DNA from: an uncultured virus (IMG/VR IMGVR_UViG_3300025128_000023)
Lineage: Duplodnaviria; Heunggongvirae; Uroviricota; Caudoviricetes
DNA length: 64,000 nucleotides
Reading direction: 5' to 3' (one strand)
IMG/VR virus record: IMGVR_UViG_3300025128_000023
Shown: positions 27,008-37,562 of the stretch, in pieces
Numbering within the stretch: position 1 is the stretch's first letter
How the letters are laid out: every line of letters starts with the position of its first letter
The notes under the pieces: model-generated
What the model was told of the DNA's origin: nothing
Seen by the model: the letters and a program-made list of their open reading frames with translations, nothing else
Databases searched by the model: none
Translations under genes and position numbers: made by a program

Positions 27008-28123
27008 ATGGAATTAAAAGTAAGAGCCATAGATGGCAACGAAAACAAATCGAAAGCTGAAATAGAAGAACAACTTCTACAAAAGCATGAAGATGAAACA
27101 AAACAAGAACAGCCACAACAAGTAGAAGAAGTGGTAGAGGAACAACCTAAGAGTGAGGTTGAAGAGAAAACTCCCTCATCAGAGTTAAGTGATGAAGACG
27201 TTCTTTCTTTTTTGAAGAATAGATATGACAAAGAAATAAATTCAGTTGATGAACTTTTTACAGAAAAAGAAGTAAATGAACCATTACCTGAAGATGTTTC
27301 TGCGTATTTAAAGTATAAGCAAGAAACTGGTCGTGGCATCAGTGATTTCTATAATTTACAAAGAGATTACGATGCTATGGAAGATGATGCTGTACTTGCC
27401 GACTATATTGCAACCCAAGAAGATGGGTTAGATGCAATTGACATTCAAGATGTCATGGAGGATAAATTTAGTTTCGATGAGGAACTTGATGATCCAAAAG
27501 ACATTAAGAAGAAGAAGTTGGCTAAAAAACGAGAACTCGCAAAAGCGAAGAAGTTTTTTAATGAACAAAAAGATAAGTATAAAATTCCTCTTGAGTCAAG
27601 TGGGGGTGGATTATCAGAAGATCAAGAAAAACAACTTAATGCTTATAAAGAGGCTCTTGAGAAATCTCAAACGCAAGTTGAGGCAAATAAAAAAATAAGA
27701 GATTATTTCCAAGAAGAAACTCAAAAGGTTTTTTCCGATGACTTCAAAGGTTTTGATGTTACTGTAGGAGATGATAATTATACGTATAAGCCAGGTACTG
27801 CACAAGAATTATATAATGTTCAATTGGACTTTAACAATTTTGTGCAAAAGTTTGTAGATGATAAAGGTTTGATAAAAGATGCAAATGCATACCACAAAGC
27901 TTTATCTGTTGCAAGTAATCCTGACAAATTTGCCAAATACTTTTATGACTTAGGGATGTCACAGGCTGTAGAAAATGTTTCTAAAAAATCTAAAAACATT
28001 AATATGGATGTGAGAAAAGCCCCAAGTTATGTTACTAAGGATGGTTTAAAAATTAGAGCTGTTCAAAGTAGCAATAATGATAGTGGAAGAGGACTCAAAA
28101 TTAGAAGTATTAAAAAAATGTAA
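27008..28123 (+). CDS. Putative capsid scaffolding protein
   Basis: Acidic, helical; lies between portal and capsid. Confidence 0.65.
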   Translation: MELKVRAIDGNENKSKAEIEEQLLQKHEDETKQEQPQQVEEVVEEQPKSEVEEKTPSSELSDEDVLSFLKNRYDKEINSVDELFTEKEVNEPLPEDVSAYLKYKQETGRGISDFYNLQRDYDAMEDDAVLADYIATQEDGLDAIDIQDVMEDKFSFDEELDDPKDIKKKKLAKKRELAKAKKFFNEQKDKYKIPLESSGGGLSEDQEKQLNAYKEALEKSQTQVEANKKIRDYFQEETQKVFSDDFKGFDVTVGDDNYTYKPGTAQELYNVQLDFNNFVQKFVDDKGLIKDANAYHKALSVASNPDKFAKYFYDLGMSQAVENVSKKSKNINMDVRKAPSYVTKDGLKIRAVQSSNNDSGRGLKIRSIKKM

Positions 28124-28144
28124 AACAATTTAAAAATTAAAATT

Positions 28145-29611
28145 ATGGCAGTAAATGTAGCCCCTGGTTTTGATTTGCAACCAAGTAGTCAGCAAGTACC
28201 GCTTTCTACAAATTATATTACAGACTTTAATTTCTTGAATCAGTATTTACCTGATACATTTGAAAAAGAGTTTGAAAGATATGGCAATCGATCAATAGCT
28301 TCCTTCCTAAGAATGGTAGGAGCTGAAATGCCTTCTAACTCTGACCTTATTAAATGGGCAGAGCAAGGAAGACTACACGTTAAATATCAGAATTGTACTT
28401 CAGGTGCAGGAGCAGCCGCAGCAAATGGTGTGTGGACAATTCCTAATAACATTACTAACTTTAACCCTGCATTAGCTGGTTCTCCAAATTCTGCAGCTCT
28501 TAGAGTTGGTCAAACTGTAATGATTTCTGACAAGACTGCAGGTTCAAACCTCAGTAACAAAGGAATCGTAACTGTTGGACCTGGTTCTGGTGGTAATGCA
28601 GTTAATCAAGTAACAATTGCTTACTATGAGGCTGGAGGCCAAGCAGTAGCAGCAGCAGTTGCTTGTGATATTTTCGTATATGGTTCTGAATTTAACAAAG
28701 GAACTAATGGAATGCAAGGATCTCTTGAAGCTGATGACTTCATCTTTGACAACAAGCCAATTATTATCAAGGACAAATACAATGTATCTGGTTCTGATAT
28801 GGCTCAAATCGGATGGATTGAAGTTACTACAGAAAATGGAGCATCTGGATATTTATGGTATCTAAAGTCTGAGCATGAAACAAGACTAAGATTCGAAGAT
28901 TACTTAGAAACTGCAATGATTGAAGCAGTTCCTGCAGAAGCAGCTTCTGGTGCTGGTGACTTCTTACAAGGAGTTGGTGCTGGTGCGTCTGTAGCAAACC
29001 TTAATGGTTCTGATGGTATCTTCTTCGTAGTAGGAGCAAGAGGTAATGTTTGGGGTGGAGGAAATCCTTCTTCTCTTGCAGACTTCGACTCAGTTATTTC
29101 AAGATTAGACAAGCAAGGTTCTATTGAGGAAAATGTAATTTTCTTAAACAGAAACTTCTCGTTTGATATCGATGATATGTTAGCACAGCAAAATTCTTAT
29201 GGAGCTGGTGGTACATCTTATGGATTATTTGACAATGATGAAGAAATGGCACTTAATCTTGGATTCACTGGATTCAGAAGAGGCTATGACTTCTACAAGT
29301 CAGACTGGAAATATCTAAACGATCCTACAATGAGAGGTGGTATCGTAGGTGGAAAAGTTAATGGACTATTAGTCCCTGCTGGTTCTACTACAGTATACGA
29401 TCAAATCTTAGGTAAAAATGCTAAGAGACCATTCTTACATGTAAGATATAGAGCTTCCGAAACTGAAGACAGAAGATATAAAACTTGGATCACTGGTTCT
29501 GCTGGTGGAGCAAGAACTTCTGACTTAGATGCGATGGAAGTAAACTTCTTGAGTGAGAGAGCTGTATGTACTTTAGGTGCAAACAACTTCTTCTTATTCC
29601 AAGATGCTTAA
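28145..29611 (+). CDS. Major capsid protein
   Basis: Position after the scaffold, size, strong terminator downstream; WAEQGRLH and GSEF.KG motifs. Confidence 0.85.
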   Translation: MAVNVAPGFDLQPSSQQVPLSTNYITDFNFLNQYLPDTFEKEFERYGNRSIASFLRMVGAEMPSNSDLIKWAEQGRLHVKYQNCTSGAGAAAANGVWTIPNNITNFNPALAGSPNSAALRVGQTVMISDKTAGSNLSNKGIVTVGPGSGGNAVNQVTIAYYEAGGQAVAAAVACDIFVYGSEFNKGTNGMQGSLEADDFIFDNKPIIIKDKYNVSGSDMAQIGWIEVTTENGASGYLWYLKSEHETRLRFEDYLETAMIEAVPAEAASGAGDFLQGVGAGASVANLNGSDGIFFVVGARGNVWGGGNPSSLADFDSVISRLDKQGSIEENVIFLNRNFSFDIDDMLAQQNSYGAGGTSYGLFDNDEEMALNLGFTGFRRGYDFYKSDWKYLNDPTMRGGIVGGKVNGLLVPAGSTTVYDQILGKNAKRPFLHVRYRASETEDRRYKTWITGSAGGARTSDLDAMEVNFLSERAVCTLGANNFFLFQDA

Positions 29612-29627
29612 TATTTAATCAATAATT

Positions 29628-29660
29628 AGGGGAGGATGTCTCCTCCCCTTTTTATTTTAT
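29628..29660 (+). terminator. Rho-independent terminator after the capsid gene
   Basis: AGGGGAGGA-TGTC-TCCTCCCCT plus T tract. Confidence 0.85.
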
Positions 29661-29684
29661 TTAATCAAATTAAAATTTAATATA

Positions 29685-30446
29685 ATGAAAAAGACAAAAA
29701 AACAACCTTTGGTAGATAAATTCTACAAATTAAAAAGAGATGCCGCACCACTTACCTATATGTTGGCATCGAGAAACTCAGCAAGATATCCTTTAATGTG
29801 GTTTGATGAAGAACAAAACGTCAATAGACCACTTAGGTATGCTAAAAATCAAAAGTCACCTTTTGAAGATGAACAAGATGGAAATGCAATCTTAGAACCA
29901 ATTCTGTTTGAAGATGGTATTTTACATGTTGCTAAAACCAATCAAGTATTACAACAATTTTTATATTATCATCCACAAAGAAACTATGTGTATGAAGAAA
30001 TAAACAAGGAGCAAGATGCTGCGGAAGAATTAGAAATAGTAGAGTTAGGTTTAGATGCTCAAGTTATGGCGAAAAACTTAGAGTTTGAAAAACTTGTTTC
30101 TGTATGTAGAGTTCTTCTTGGCAGTGGTGTAGATAAGAAAACTTCAACTGAATTGAAAAGAGATATATTATTATATGCTAAAAACAATCCTATTGATTTC
30201 TTAGACACACTTAACGATCCGATGTTAGATTTACAAGATGATGTATATAAGTTTTTTGATAATGGGTTCTTAACATTTAGAAACCAATCTAAAGATGTAT
30301 ACTTTGATTTACCAAAAAATAAAAAGAAACTATTAACAGTTCCTTTTGGTGAAGACCCATACTTTATAGTTGCATCACACTTTCAAAGTGATGATGGTGT
30401 TGAGATATATAAACTCTTACAAAGAAGGCTTAAAAAAGATAAATAA
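29685..30446 (+). CDS. Hypothetical protein following the capsid gene
   Basis: Long ORF; RPLRYAKNQKSPFEDEQ. Confidence 0.8.
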   Translation: MKKTKKQPLVDKFYKLKRDAAPLTYMLASRNSARYPLMWFDEEQNVNRPLRYAKNQKSPFEDEQDGNAILEPILFEDGILHVAKTNQVLQQFLYYHPQRNYVYEEINKEQDAAEELEIVELGLDAQVMAKNLEFEKLVSVCRVLLGSGVDKKTSTELKRDILLYAKNNPIDFLDTLNDPMLDLQDDVYKFFDNGFLTFRNQSKDVYFDLPKNKKKLLTVPFGEDPYFIVASHFQSDDGVEIYKLLQRRLKKDK

Positions 30447-30453
30447 GGTTTCA

Positions 30454-30461
30454 TATCTTTG
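30454..30461 (+). promoter_or_regulatory. -7 promoter element TATCTTTG
   Basis: Intergenic consensus match. Confidence 0.65.
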
Positions 30462-30493
30462 TGGTATTGTTTAACCCATTAAAATTTTTAACT

Positions 30494-30823
30494 ATGGTAA
30501 AATATCTAAAAGTCAGTTTAAGCGACGCTTATCATTTAATTCCTATTCAAAGTATTTTAGGAATTGAAGTAGGAGCAAATACGGAAGTAAAAATCCTTAC
30601 TCACAATGTGGGACATACTGCTACAGGTGTATCTGAAGTTTTAGGCTACAAAATCACTGCTACTACAGCAGCAGATGCAGCTAAGACTAAAGAGCAACTT
30701 AACAGTATTGTGGATGCTATCGAAGATGCACTACAGACAAGCTGGACAAACCCTTACTATTTACTTGAGCCTAAGTATGCTATTACAGCTATTGCTCAAA
30801 TAGAAGAAGAGTGGTCTGCATAA
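30494..30823 (+). CDS. Hypothetical protein, possibly structural, in its own transcription unit
   Basis: Flanked by its own promoter and terminator; start moved to ATG 30494. Confidence 0.7.
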   Translation: MVKYLKVSLSDAYHLIPIQSILGIEVGANTEVKILTHNVGHTATGVSEVLGYKITATTAADAAKTKEQLNSIVDAIEDALQTSWTNPYYLLEPKYAITAIAQIEEEWSA

Positions 30824-30843
30824 GACAACTTAACTAAAGGTAG

Positions 30844-30878
30844 AAAGGGGCTTAAATATTTAGGCCTCTTTTTTTTTT
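30844..30878 (+). terminator. Rho-independent terminator
   Basis: AAAGGGGCTTAA-ATAT-TTAGGCCTCTTT plus long T run. Confidence 0.75.
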
Positions 30879-30880
30879 AT

Positions 30881-30888
30881 TATCTTTG
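30881..30888 (+). promoter_or_regulatory. -7 promoter element TATCTTTG
   Basis: Consensus match 17 nt upstream of ATG 30906. Confidence 0.7.
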
Positions 30889-30905
30889 TACAAACTCAAC
30901 TTACA

Positions 30906-31919
30906 ATGATAAACGAAGTAAGAAACACAGTATTAGCTATTGCTAATAAGAACAACTATGGCTACATATCTCCACAAGATTTTAATCTATATTGTGAACA
31001 AGCACAGTTGGATATATTTGAAGATTATTTTTATCAATATAACAATTGGATTAATAAAGAGAACGCGAGAATATCAGGAACAGGATATGCAAACATAGTT
31101 AAAGGTTTAGAAGAAGTAGCAGATAGTTTTTCAGCTGAGGTATTTTTAGATCAGACTGTGGCTAATTTAAATAATGCCAACCTTTATAATCTACCTCAAG
31201 ATTACTATTTAATAAATAAAGTTTTTTATTATCCCTCTGCAAGATTTAGTGGTACTACGACTGGAGCTCAGGGTTACAAGTTAATAGATGCAACTGGTGG
31301 TTTTGTGCCTTCACCGGCAAATCCTTTATTTGAGCAAAATCCACCCATAGGGAGCATTATAGTTAACACCTCTTCTAACCCCATCTCACAAGCATATGTT
31401 ACTGCAGTGGATAGTACCACAACTTTAAGTTTAAGTGCAGATATAACTAATGCTGTAGCACAGAATTATGTGGTATACACTAATACCAATATAACTGAAG
31501 TAGAAAGGGTTAATCAACAGAAAATATATATGTTGACAAGCTCTAACTTGACTTCCCCTACAACTCAGTTTCCCGCGTATGTTTTAGGCGGAGCTACATC
31601 TAATGTACAAGCTGGACCTAACTCTGCAATAGGAAATACTATTACAGTTTATCCAAGTACAATTAGACAAAAGGGAGCAGTACAAGTACAGTATATAAGA
31701 TATCCAGTTACACCAAATTGGACATATGTAACATTAACTGGTGGTGAGCCTTTATTTAATGATACTGCAGCAGACTATCAAGACTTTGAATTACCATTGT
31801 CTGATCAACCAGGTTTGATTGCAAAAATATGTCAATACATTGGTGTAGAGATTAGAGAAGCAGATGTCTATGAGTTTGGAAAACAAGAAATAGTCCAAGA
31901 CAACCAAATACAAACATAA
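30906..31919 (+). CDS. Head-tail adaptor / tail ring protein
   Basis: NK...GYISPQDFN...AQLDIF N-terminus; YIRYP..P.W.Y; position after capsid. Confidence 0.65.
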   Translation: MINEVRNTVLAIANKNNYGYISPQDFNLYCEQAQLDIFEDYFYQYNNWINKENARISGTGYANIVKGLEEVADSFSAEVFLDQTVANLNNANLYNLPQDYYLINKVFYYPSARFSGTTTGAQGYKLIDATGGFVPSPANPLFEQNPPIGSIIVNTSSNPISQAYVTAVDSTTTLSLSADITNAVAQNYVVYTNTNITEVERVNQQKIYMLTSSNLTSPTTQFPAYVLGGATSNVQAGPNSAIGNTITVYPSTIRQKGAVQVQYIRYPVTPNWTYVTLTGGEPLFNDTAADYQDFELPLSDQPGLIAKICQYIGVEIREADVYEFGKQEIVQDNQIQT

Positions 31920-31922
31920 AAG

Positions 31923-32837
31923 ATGGCATATATAACACAATATACATATTACGAAAATAATGGTAACACTCCCACAGATGCTAATCTTGGTTCTTATCAG
32001 TATGTTTCTTTGCAAGATATAGTCAATAACTTTATGTTAATATATCAAGGTAATCACGAACTGGTAAATAACTTAGAAAGATATCAAGTTTTATTTCATG
32101 CTAAAAGAGGTATACAAGAATTGAACTATGATGCGATGAAAGAAATTAAAGTTCTTCAGTTAACTTTAGACCATAACTTTAGCTATCCTTTACCATCTGA
32201 TTATGTTAACTGGGTGAGAATATCTCAGTATAAGGATGGGGTACTTTACCCTTTGACTGAAAATATACAAACTAATTTTAGTTCAGCTTATCTACAAGAC
32301 AACAACTCTGAGTTGTTGTTTGATCAGAATGGTAATGTTTTAAGACCACAAGATTCTCAAGTAGATTTAAGTAGAGCAACAAGATCAATTTATCTTAACA
32401 ATGACAGTGATTTTGATGGGTGTGAGGGGTATTGCATAGATGGGTGTTGGTATTTTGATTATAGAGTAGGAGCAAGATTTGGACTTAATACTGAAACTGC
32501 TAATATAAACCCTACATTTAAAGTTGATAAACAAGCAGGTAAAATTTATTTTAGCTCTGCGGCAGGAACAGATTCAATAGTATTAGAATATGTGTCCGAT
32601 GGTATGGAAAATGGTGATGACTCACAAGTCAGTGTCAATAAGTTGTTCGAAGAATATTTGTATGCTTATATAAAGTATGCCATTTTAAATGGTCGATTTG
32701 GAGTTCAAGAGTACATTGTTAATAGAGCAAGAAAAGATAAGTCTTCTTTATTAAGAAATGCAAAACTAAGATTAAGTAATATACATCCTGGTAGACTCTT
32801 AATGAATTTAAGAGGCCAGAATAAATGGATTAAATAA
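31923..32837 (+). CDS. Tail ring / tubular structural protein
   Basis: LPSDYVNWVRI and IVLEYVSDG motifs; position. Confidence 0.65.
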   Translation: MAYITQYTYYENNGNTPTDANLGSYQYVSLQDIVNNFMLIYQGNHELVNNLERYQVLFHAKRGIQELNYDAMKEIKVLQLTLDHNFSYPLPSDYVNWVRISQYKDGVLYPLTENIQTNFSSAYLQDNNSELLFDQNGNVLRPQDSQVDLSRATRSIYLNNDSDFDGCEGYCIDGCWYFDYRVGARFGLNTETANINPTFKVDKQAGKIYFSSAAGTDSIVLEYVSDGMENGDDSQVSVNKLFEEYLYAYIKYAILNGRFGVQEYIVNRARKDKSSLLRNAKLRLSNIHPGRLLMNLRGQNKWIK

Positions 32838-35800
32838 TGGCATTAGAAAATGTAGTATTTGTACAAGGTAGAATGAATAAGTCTATCGATGAAAGGCTTC
32901 TACCTCAAGGAGAGTATATAGATGCTCAGAATGTTCGTTTGGGTTCAACTGAAACCACAGAGGTTGGTGCAGTAGAAAACTCACGAGGCAATACACAATT
33001 AACTACATTAGCTTTTGGAGGACAAAATTTTTCAGTTAATGCTACATGTATTGGTGCATATGAAGATGGTATAACTGAAACTATATATTGGTTTGTGCAC
33101 GATCCTAATAACCCAACAAGTGGTGGTAGATTAGATGCTATTGTTTCTTATAACACACAAAATCAAAGTATAACTTATCATGTTGTTTCTTCAAGTATTT
33201 TAAACTTTCAACCTACTTATTTAATTACTGGAGTAAATCTTATTGATGATTTATTATTTTTTACAGATGATATAAATCCCCCAAGAAAAATAAATATAAA
33301 TAGAAGTTATCCATATCCACCAAGCCCAGGATATGCAGATGTTTTAGTTGAAGAAGATTTTAATGTAATACAAAAGATACCAGGCTATGGAGCTGCAGAT
33401 ACTTTATCTGCTCCTTCCTTAGAATTAGTAACTGTAAATGGACAAGAAAATTATTTAGAAAATAGATTTATTTCATTTGCATATAGATATAGATATCAAG
33501 ATGATGAATATAGTGCTACATCTTTATTTAGTTTACCTGCATTTCAACCTAATAATTTTTTATTTAGTCCTTCTAATTATGTAAATGAAGGAATGTTAAA
33601 TAGGTTTAATGCAGTTAATGTATCATTTAATACTGGTTCTTCAAGAGTAAAACAAGTAGACTTGTTATACAAAGACTCAAACACTAATAGTATATATGTA
33701 ATAGAGAGATTTGATAAAGATGATTATGGATGGGCAAATAATACCACACAAACATTTTTGTTTACTAACAGTAAAATTTATACAACATTAGGATCAGATG
33801 AGTTATTAAGACTTTATGATAATGTACCCAGGACTTCAAAAGCCCAAACCATTATGGGTAACAGACTTATCTATGGTAACTATGTGGATGGGTATAATAT
33901 GACTAATGCAAATGGTGGAAGAATATCGGTAGATTATAGTACATCATTAAAGTCTGAAGATATAGATTTTGAAATATTACCTGATGCAACATTATCCCAA
34001 GGTATTGCATATACTTTGTCAGGTTCAAGTATACAGTACAACAATTCATTAGCTACATTTAATTTAACTGACATTGCTGATAAGTTAAAAAAAGATGGTA
34101 TCATAAGATTTGTATTTAGAGTTACAACCGATCAGTTAAATGGAGATACAGCTAACCCTTGTTACTTACCAACTTTTAGTAATGGTGATGTACAACTTAC
34201 ATTAAACTTTACTTTACCATCTGATTATAATAGTGTATATGATATGGTTAATAGTAGTGAGTTTCAAGCAAGATTAGGAACTGTATTAAACTCTAATTTT
34301 CAACCTATTTCAACTTGTGCAAATGGCACATCAGTAACTGATAATTTTAACTGTGCTCTTTCTGTACCTACTAACTGTCCTGGATGGACTAAACATAATA
34401 GTAGTATTACTGACGCAAGTTCTCAACAAGGATGGGCTCTAACAACATCACCTGGTTCAAACAATGTTTCATTTCAACCTATTGCAATGAACTTTAGAGA
34501 AACCAATGCTCCAGTAACAAACTTATTTGAATACTTTAGGTTTGAATCTGCATCGGTTACTTTCAGTGCTATATCTGATATGGGTAGTTTACATAGTAAC
34601 AGAGACTATGAAACTGGTATTGTATATATGGACAACTATGGTAGAGCTTCTACTGTAATGGTTTCTGAATACAACACAATATTTGTACCTGCAGAAAATG
34701 CAGATAAAAAAAATTCTATACAAGCTCGTATTAGTAGTTTACCACCTTCGTGGGCTTCAAGATATAAGTTTGTAGTAAAGCCAAGTAAAGGTAATTATGA
34801 AATTATATATAGTAATTTCTTTTATGTGAGACCAAGTAACAATGTGGTTTACTTTAAATTAGAAGGTGATAATCAAAACAAATGTAAAAAAGGAGATACA
34901 CTTATTGTAAAAAGAGATGTTAATGGTCCAAGACAATCATTAACTGAGTGTGAAGTATTAGATATATCTGCAGAAGGTGAAGACTTTTTAGCTACACAAA
35001 ATGAATTAGGAACTTCAAGTCATCAGATAGCTGGCTTATACATGCAAATAAAAGCACAGAACTTTGCAGTTCAAGGTGATTTAGCTAATCCAGTTATTGA
35101 AAATGGAGTTGAAAATTATAGAAGTAAAAATGAAAATAGATGTAATGCTCAAGTAAACTATCCAGCATTTATAACAGAAACCAGTGGACCTACATATGAA
35201 GTATATGATGTACCTGCGGGTAGTATTATTGATATAAGATGTGAGTATGGTAGAAATGATAGAAGTGGACAAAACTGTCCTGGTAGGAGATATGTTTTTG
35301 ATAAACAATATGTAGCATCTCAAAACTTTATTAACTTATATGAGTGGGCAGTAGGAGATGATTTTAATCCAAATACTGGTATTTGGGAGTCAGGAAGTGA
35401 ACTAACAAGTGTCTTTGTTTCTACTATTGCAGATTCAGCAGCAAATATACAATGTACAAGTCCTAATCCTGCAGAACCAGTGTGGCAGTTTTGGCAGGCT
35501 GGATATGCTGGAACAATTGATCCTGCTCAACCATTATACTTATCAGTAAGAAGTGGTATAAAAGGATGTGATAATGTCTTTGGCGATTCATATTCTTACA
35601 TAGAGTTAGAAATTGTAGTAACAAGAGCAAATGAATTAATAGTTTGGGAGACAGAACCTATTGAAGCAAATGATGAAATATTCTTTGATGCATCTAAAGA
35701 CTTTCCTATTACAGGAGGTTTTCATATAAGTGGTACTGCTGATGGAGATCAAAACCAAACTGCAACTCAAGATGCAGTAGTAGATATACCATTTATTAAT

Positions 35801-37558
35801 TGTTATACTTTTGGTAATGGAGTTGAAAGTTTTAAAATCTTAGACAAGATAGCTACCAAAAGCTTAGTAATGGGGCAAAGAGCACTTGCGGTTTCTAATG
35901 CAGATTATAAAGAAGCTGATAGATTTGCAGGGTTAACATATAGTGGAGTGTTTAGTTATTCTACAAACACTAACAACTTAAATGAATTTAATTTAGGTTT
36001 AGTAAACTTTATGGACTTAGAGCAAAACTTCGGACCAGTAATGAAATTACATGGTAGAGAAACAGATATACTCGTACTACAAGAAGATAAAATTAGTTAT
36101 GTACAACAAGGTAAAGACTTGTTAAGTGATGCAGTTGGTGGAGGAGCAGTTGTTTCTACCCCTGAAGTTTTAGGTAAACAAATAGCAAGAATAGAGGAAT
36201 ATGGTATAAGTTTTAATCCTGAAAGTTTTATTCAATGGGGTGAGACTATGTATTTTACAGACACTAAAAGGTCTGCAGTAATACAATTAGGAGCACAAGG
36301 GCAAGTTGGTAGTCCAATAAACATTGTGTCTGATATCGGTATGAGGTCTTGGTTTAGAGATCAATTTGTTGAACACCTTACAACACAAAAGTTAGGTGCA
36401 TACGATCCATATATGGATGAGTATGTATTAACAACTAATGATATACAAGTACCTTTTCCTACCACACCAATCAAATGTGGTACTACAGTAACAATAAATA
36501 ATTGTACTGCAGCTAAAACATTTACTATAGATTTCGGTGAGGTAATCGATAGTACAACTACAGTTAGTTTTACAGTGACTGGAACTGCATCTATAACTGG
36601 AGTATGGAATGGAAATAATGCAACTCCTAACCCTTTAAATTTAACTAATGCAACTGGTACATTAACATTTAATAAAAACTTAAATACACCAACTACTGCT
36701 GAAGTAACTATAACACCAACTGGCAGTTGTTCATTTACATTTACTCCAAATTGTCCAGATGAGACTACTTTAACTATTGTTCAAGTGGTATTAAACTCAA
36801 GTCAAGATTCTGGAGACCAAATACATGTAGAATATGGATGGAGTGATACTCAAACAATAAGCCCAATAGCAAGTACCCAATCTACTTTTGGTTCGGTTAG
36901 TACAGTAGCATCTACATTTTTCTCTCAGTCAGGGGTTAGATCATTAGGTATATTTCCATATAATGGTGCTAATTTTATGTTGAGAACAAATAAATTAGAG
37001 GCAGATAATTATAATGTTGGAGATGGTTCTTATAAATTTAGTTTCTTATCCAGTAACACTCAGTATAATAATACTGTTGCGGATATAGCAACTCTTACAT
37101 CAAGTGCAAATTTAATTGGTAGTGGTTTAATTACAACCCCTACACCAGATATTTACAAAGCAGACTTAACACCTGCAACAAATCCAGCATTTAATATACC
37201 AAGTGGAAATCAATACTTATATTTGATATATGATTTTAGAACAGTAAGTGCACAACCACTATGTTATGACTCAGCTTCTACTACAGATGCTTGTTGTGAT
37301 TGTACATTTACATGTACTTCTTGGAGTGCTGGATCAAGACAAGATAGTGTGGCAGTAGCATGTCAACAACCATTAAATAAAACATATTATTTTTTAAATC
37401 AAGCTACTCCACTAACCTATCCAACTGTAGGAAGTTTAGTATATACAAGCTCAGCCTGTGATGCAACAACTGTATTACCAGCAGGGTTTTATAAATATAC
37501 ATTAGGTTATTTTAAAGTTGACAATAATGGAATAGTAATACAACAAGGAACATGTTAA
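32837..37558 (+). CDS. Tail stabilisation / nozzle protein (P22 gp10-like) with Cys-rich C-terminal extension
   Basis: GRMNKSIDERLLPQGEYIDAQN N-terminus; NNLNEFN, YGISFNPESF and YFTD.KR motifs. Confidence 0.75.
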   Translation: MALENVVFVQGRMNKSIDERLLPQGEYIDAQNVRLGSTETTEVGAVENSRGNTQLTTLAFGGQNFSVNATCIGAYEDGITETIYWFVHDPNNPTSGGRLDAIVSYNTQNQSITYHVVSSSILNFQPTYLITGVNLIDDLLFFTDDINPPRKININRSYPYPPSPGYADVLVEEDFNVIQKIPGYGAADTLSAPSLELVTVNGQENYLENRFISFAYRYRYQDDEYSATSLFSLPAFQPNNFLFSPSNYVNEGMLNRFNAVNVSFNTGSSRVKQVDLLYKDSNTNSIYVIERFDKDDYGWANNTTQTFLFTNSKIYTTLGSDELLRLYDNVPRTSKAQTIMGNRLIYGNYVDGYNMTNANGGRISVDYSTSLKSEDIDFEILPDATLSQGIAYTLSGSSIQYNNSLATFNLTDIADKLKKDGIIRFVFRVTTDQLNGDTANPCYLPTFSNGDVQLTLNFTLPSDYNSVYDMVNSSEFQARLGTVLNSNFQPISTCANGTSVTDNFNCALSVPTNCPGWTKHNSSITDASSQQGWALTTSPGSNNVSFQPIAMNFRETNAPVTNLFEYFRFESASVTFSAISDMGSLHSNRDYETGIVYMDNYGRASTVMVSEYNTIFVPAENADKKNSIQARISSLPPSWASRYKFVVKPSKGNYEIIYSNFFYVRPSNNVVYFKLEGDNQNKCKKGDTLIVKRDVNGPRQSLTECEVLDISAEGEDFLATQNELGTSSHQIAGLYMQIKAQNFAVQGDLANPVIENGVENYRSKNENRCNAQVNYPAFITETSGPTYEVYDVPAGSIIDIRCEYGRNDRSGQNCPGRRYVFDKQYVASQNFINLYEWAVGDDFNPNTGIWESGSELTSVFVSTIADSAANIQCTSPNPAEPVWQFWQAGYAGTIDPAQPLYLSVRSGIKGCDNVFGDSYSYIELEIVVTRANELIVWETEPIEANDEIFFDASKDFPITGGFHISGTADGDQNQTATQDAVVDIPFINCYTFGNGVESFKILDKIATKSLVMGQRALAVSNADYKEADRFAGLTYSGVFSYSTNTNNLNEFNLGLVNFMDLEQNFGPVMKLHGRETDILVLQEDKISYVQQGKDLLSDAVGGGAVVSTPEVLGKQIARIEEYGISFNPESFIQWGETMYFTDTKRSAVIQLGAQGQVGSPINIVSDIGMRSWFRDQFVEHLTTQKLGAYDPYMDEYVLTTNDIQVPFPTTPIKCGTTVTINNCTAAKTFTIDFGEVIDSTTTVSFTVTGTASITGVWNGNNATPNPLNLTNATGTLTFNKNLNTPTTAEVTITPTGSCSFTFTPNCPDETTLTIVQVVLNSSQDSGDQIHVEYGWSDTQTISPIASTQSTFGSVSTVASTFFSQSGVRSLGIFPYNGANFMLRTNKLEADNYNVGDGSYKFSFLSSNTQYNNTVADIATLTSSANLIGSGLITTPTPDIYKADLTPATNPAFNIPSGNQYLYLIYDFRTVSAQPLCYDSASTTDACCDCTFTCTSWSAGSRQDSVAVACQQPLNKTYYFLNQATPLTYPTVGSLVYTSSACDATTVLPAGFYKYTLGYFKVDNNGIVIQQGTC

Positions 37559-37562
37559 AATT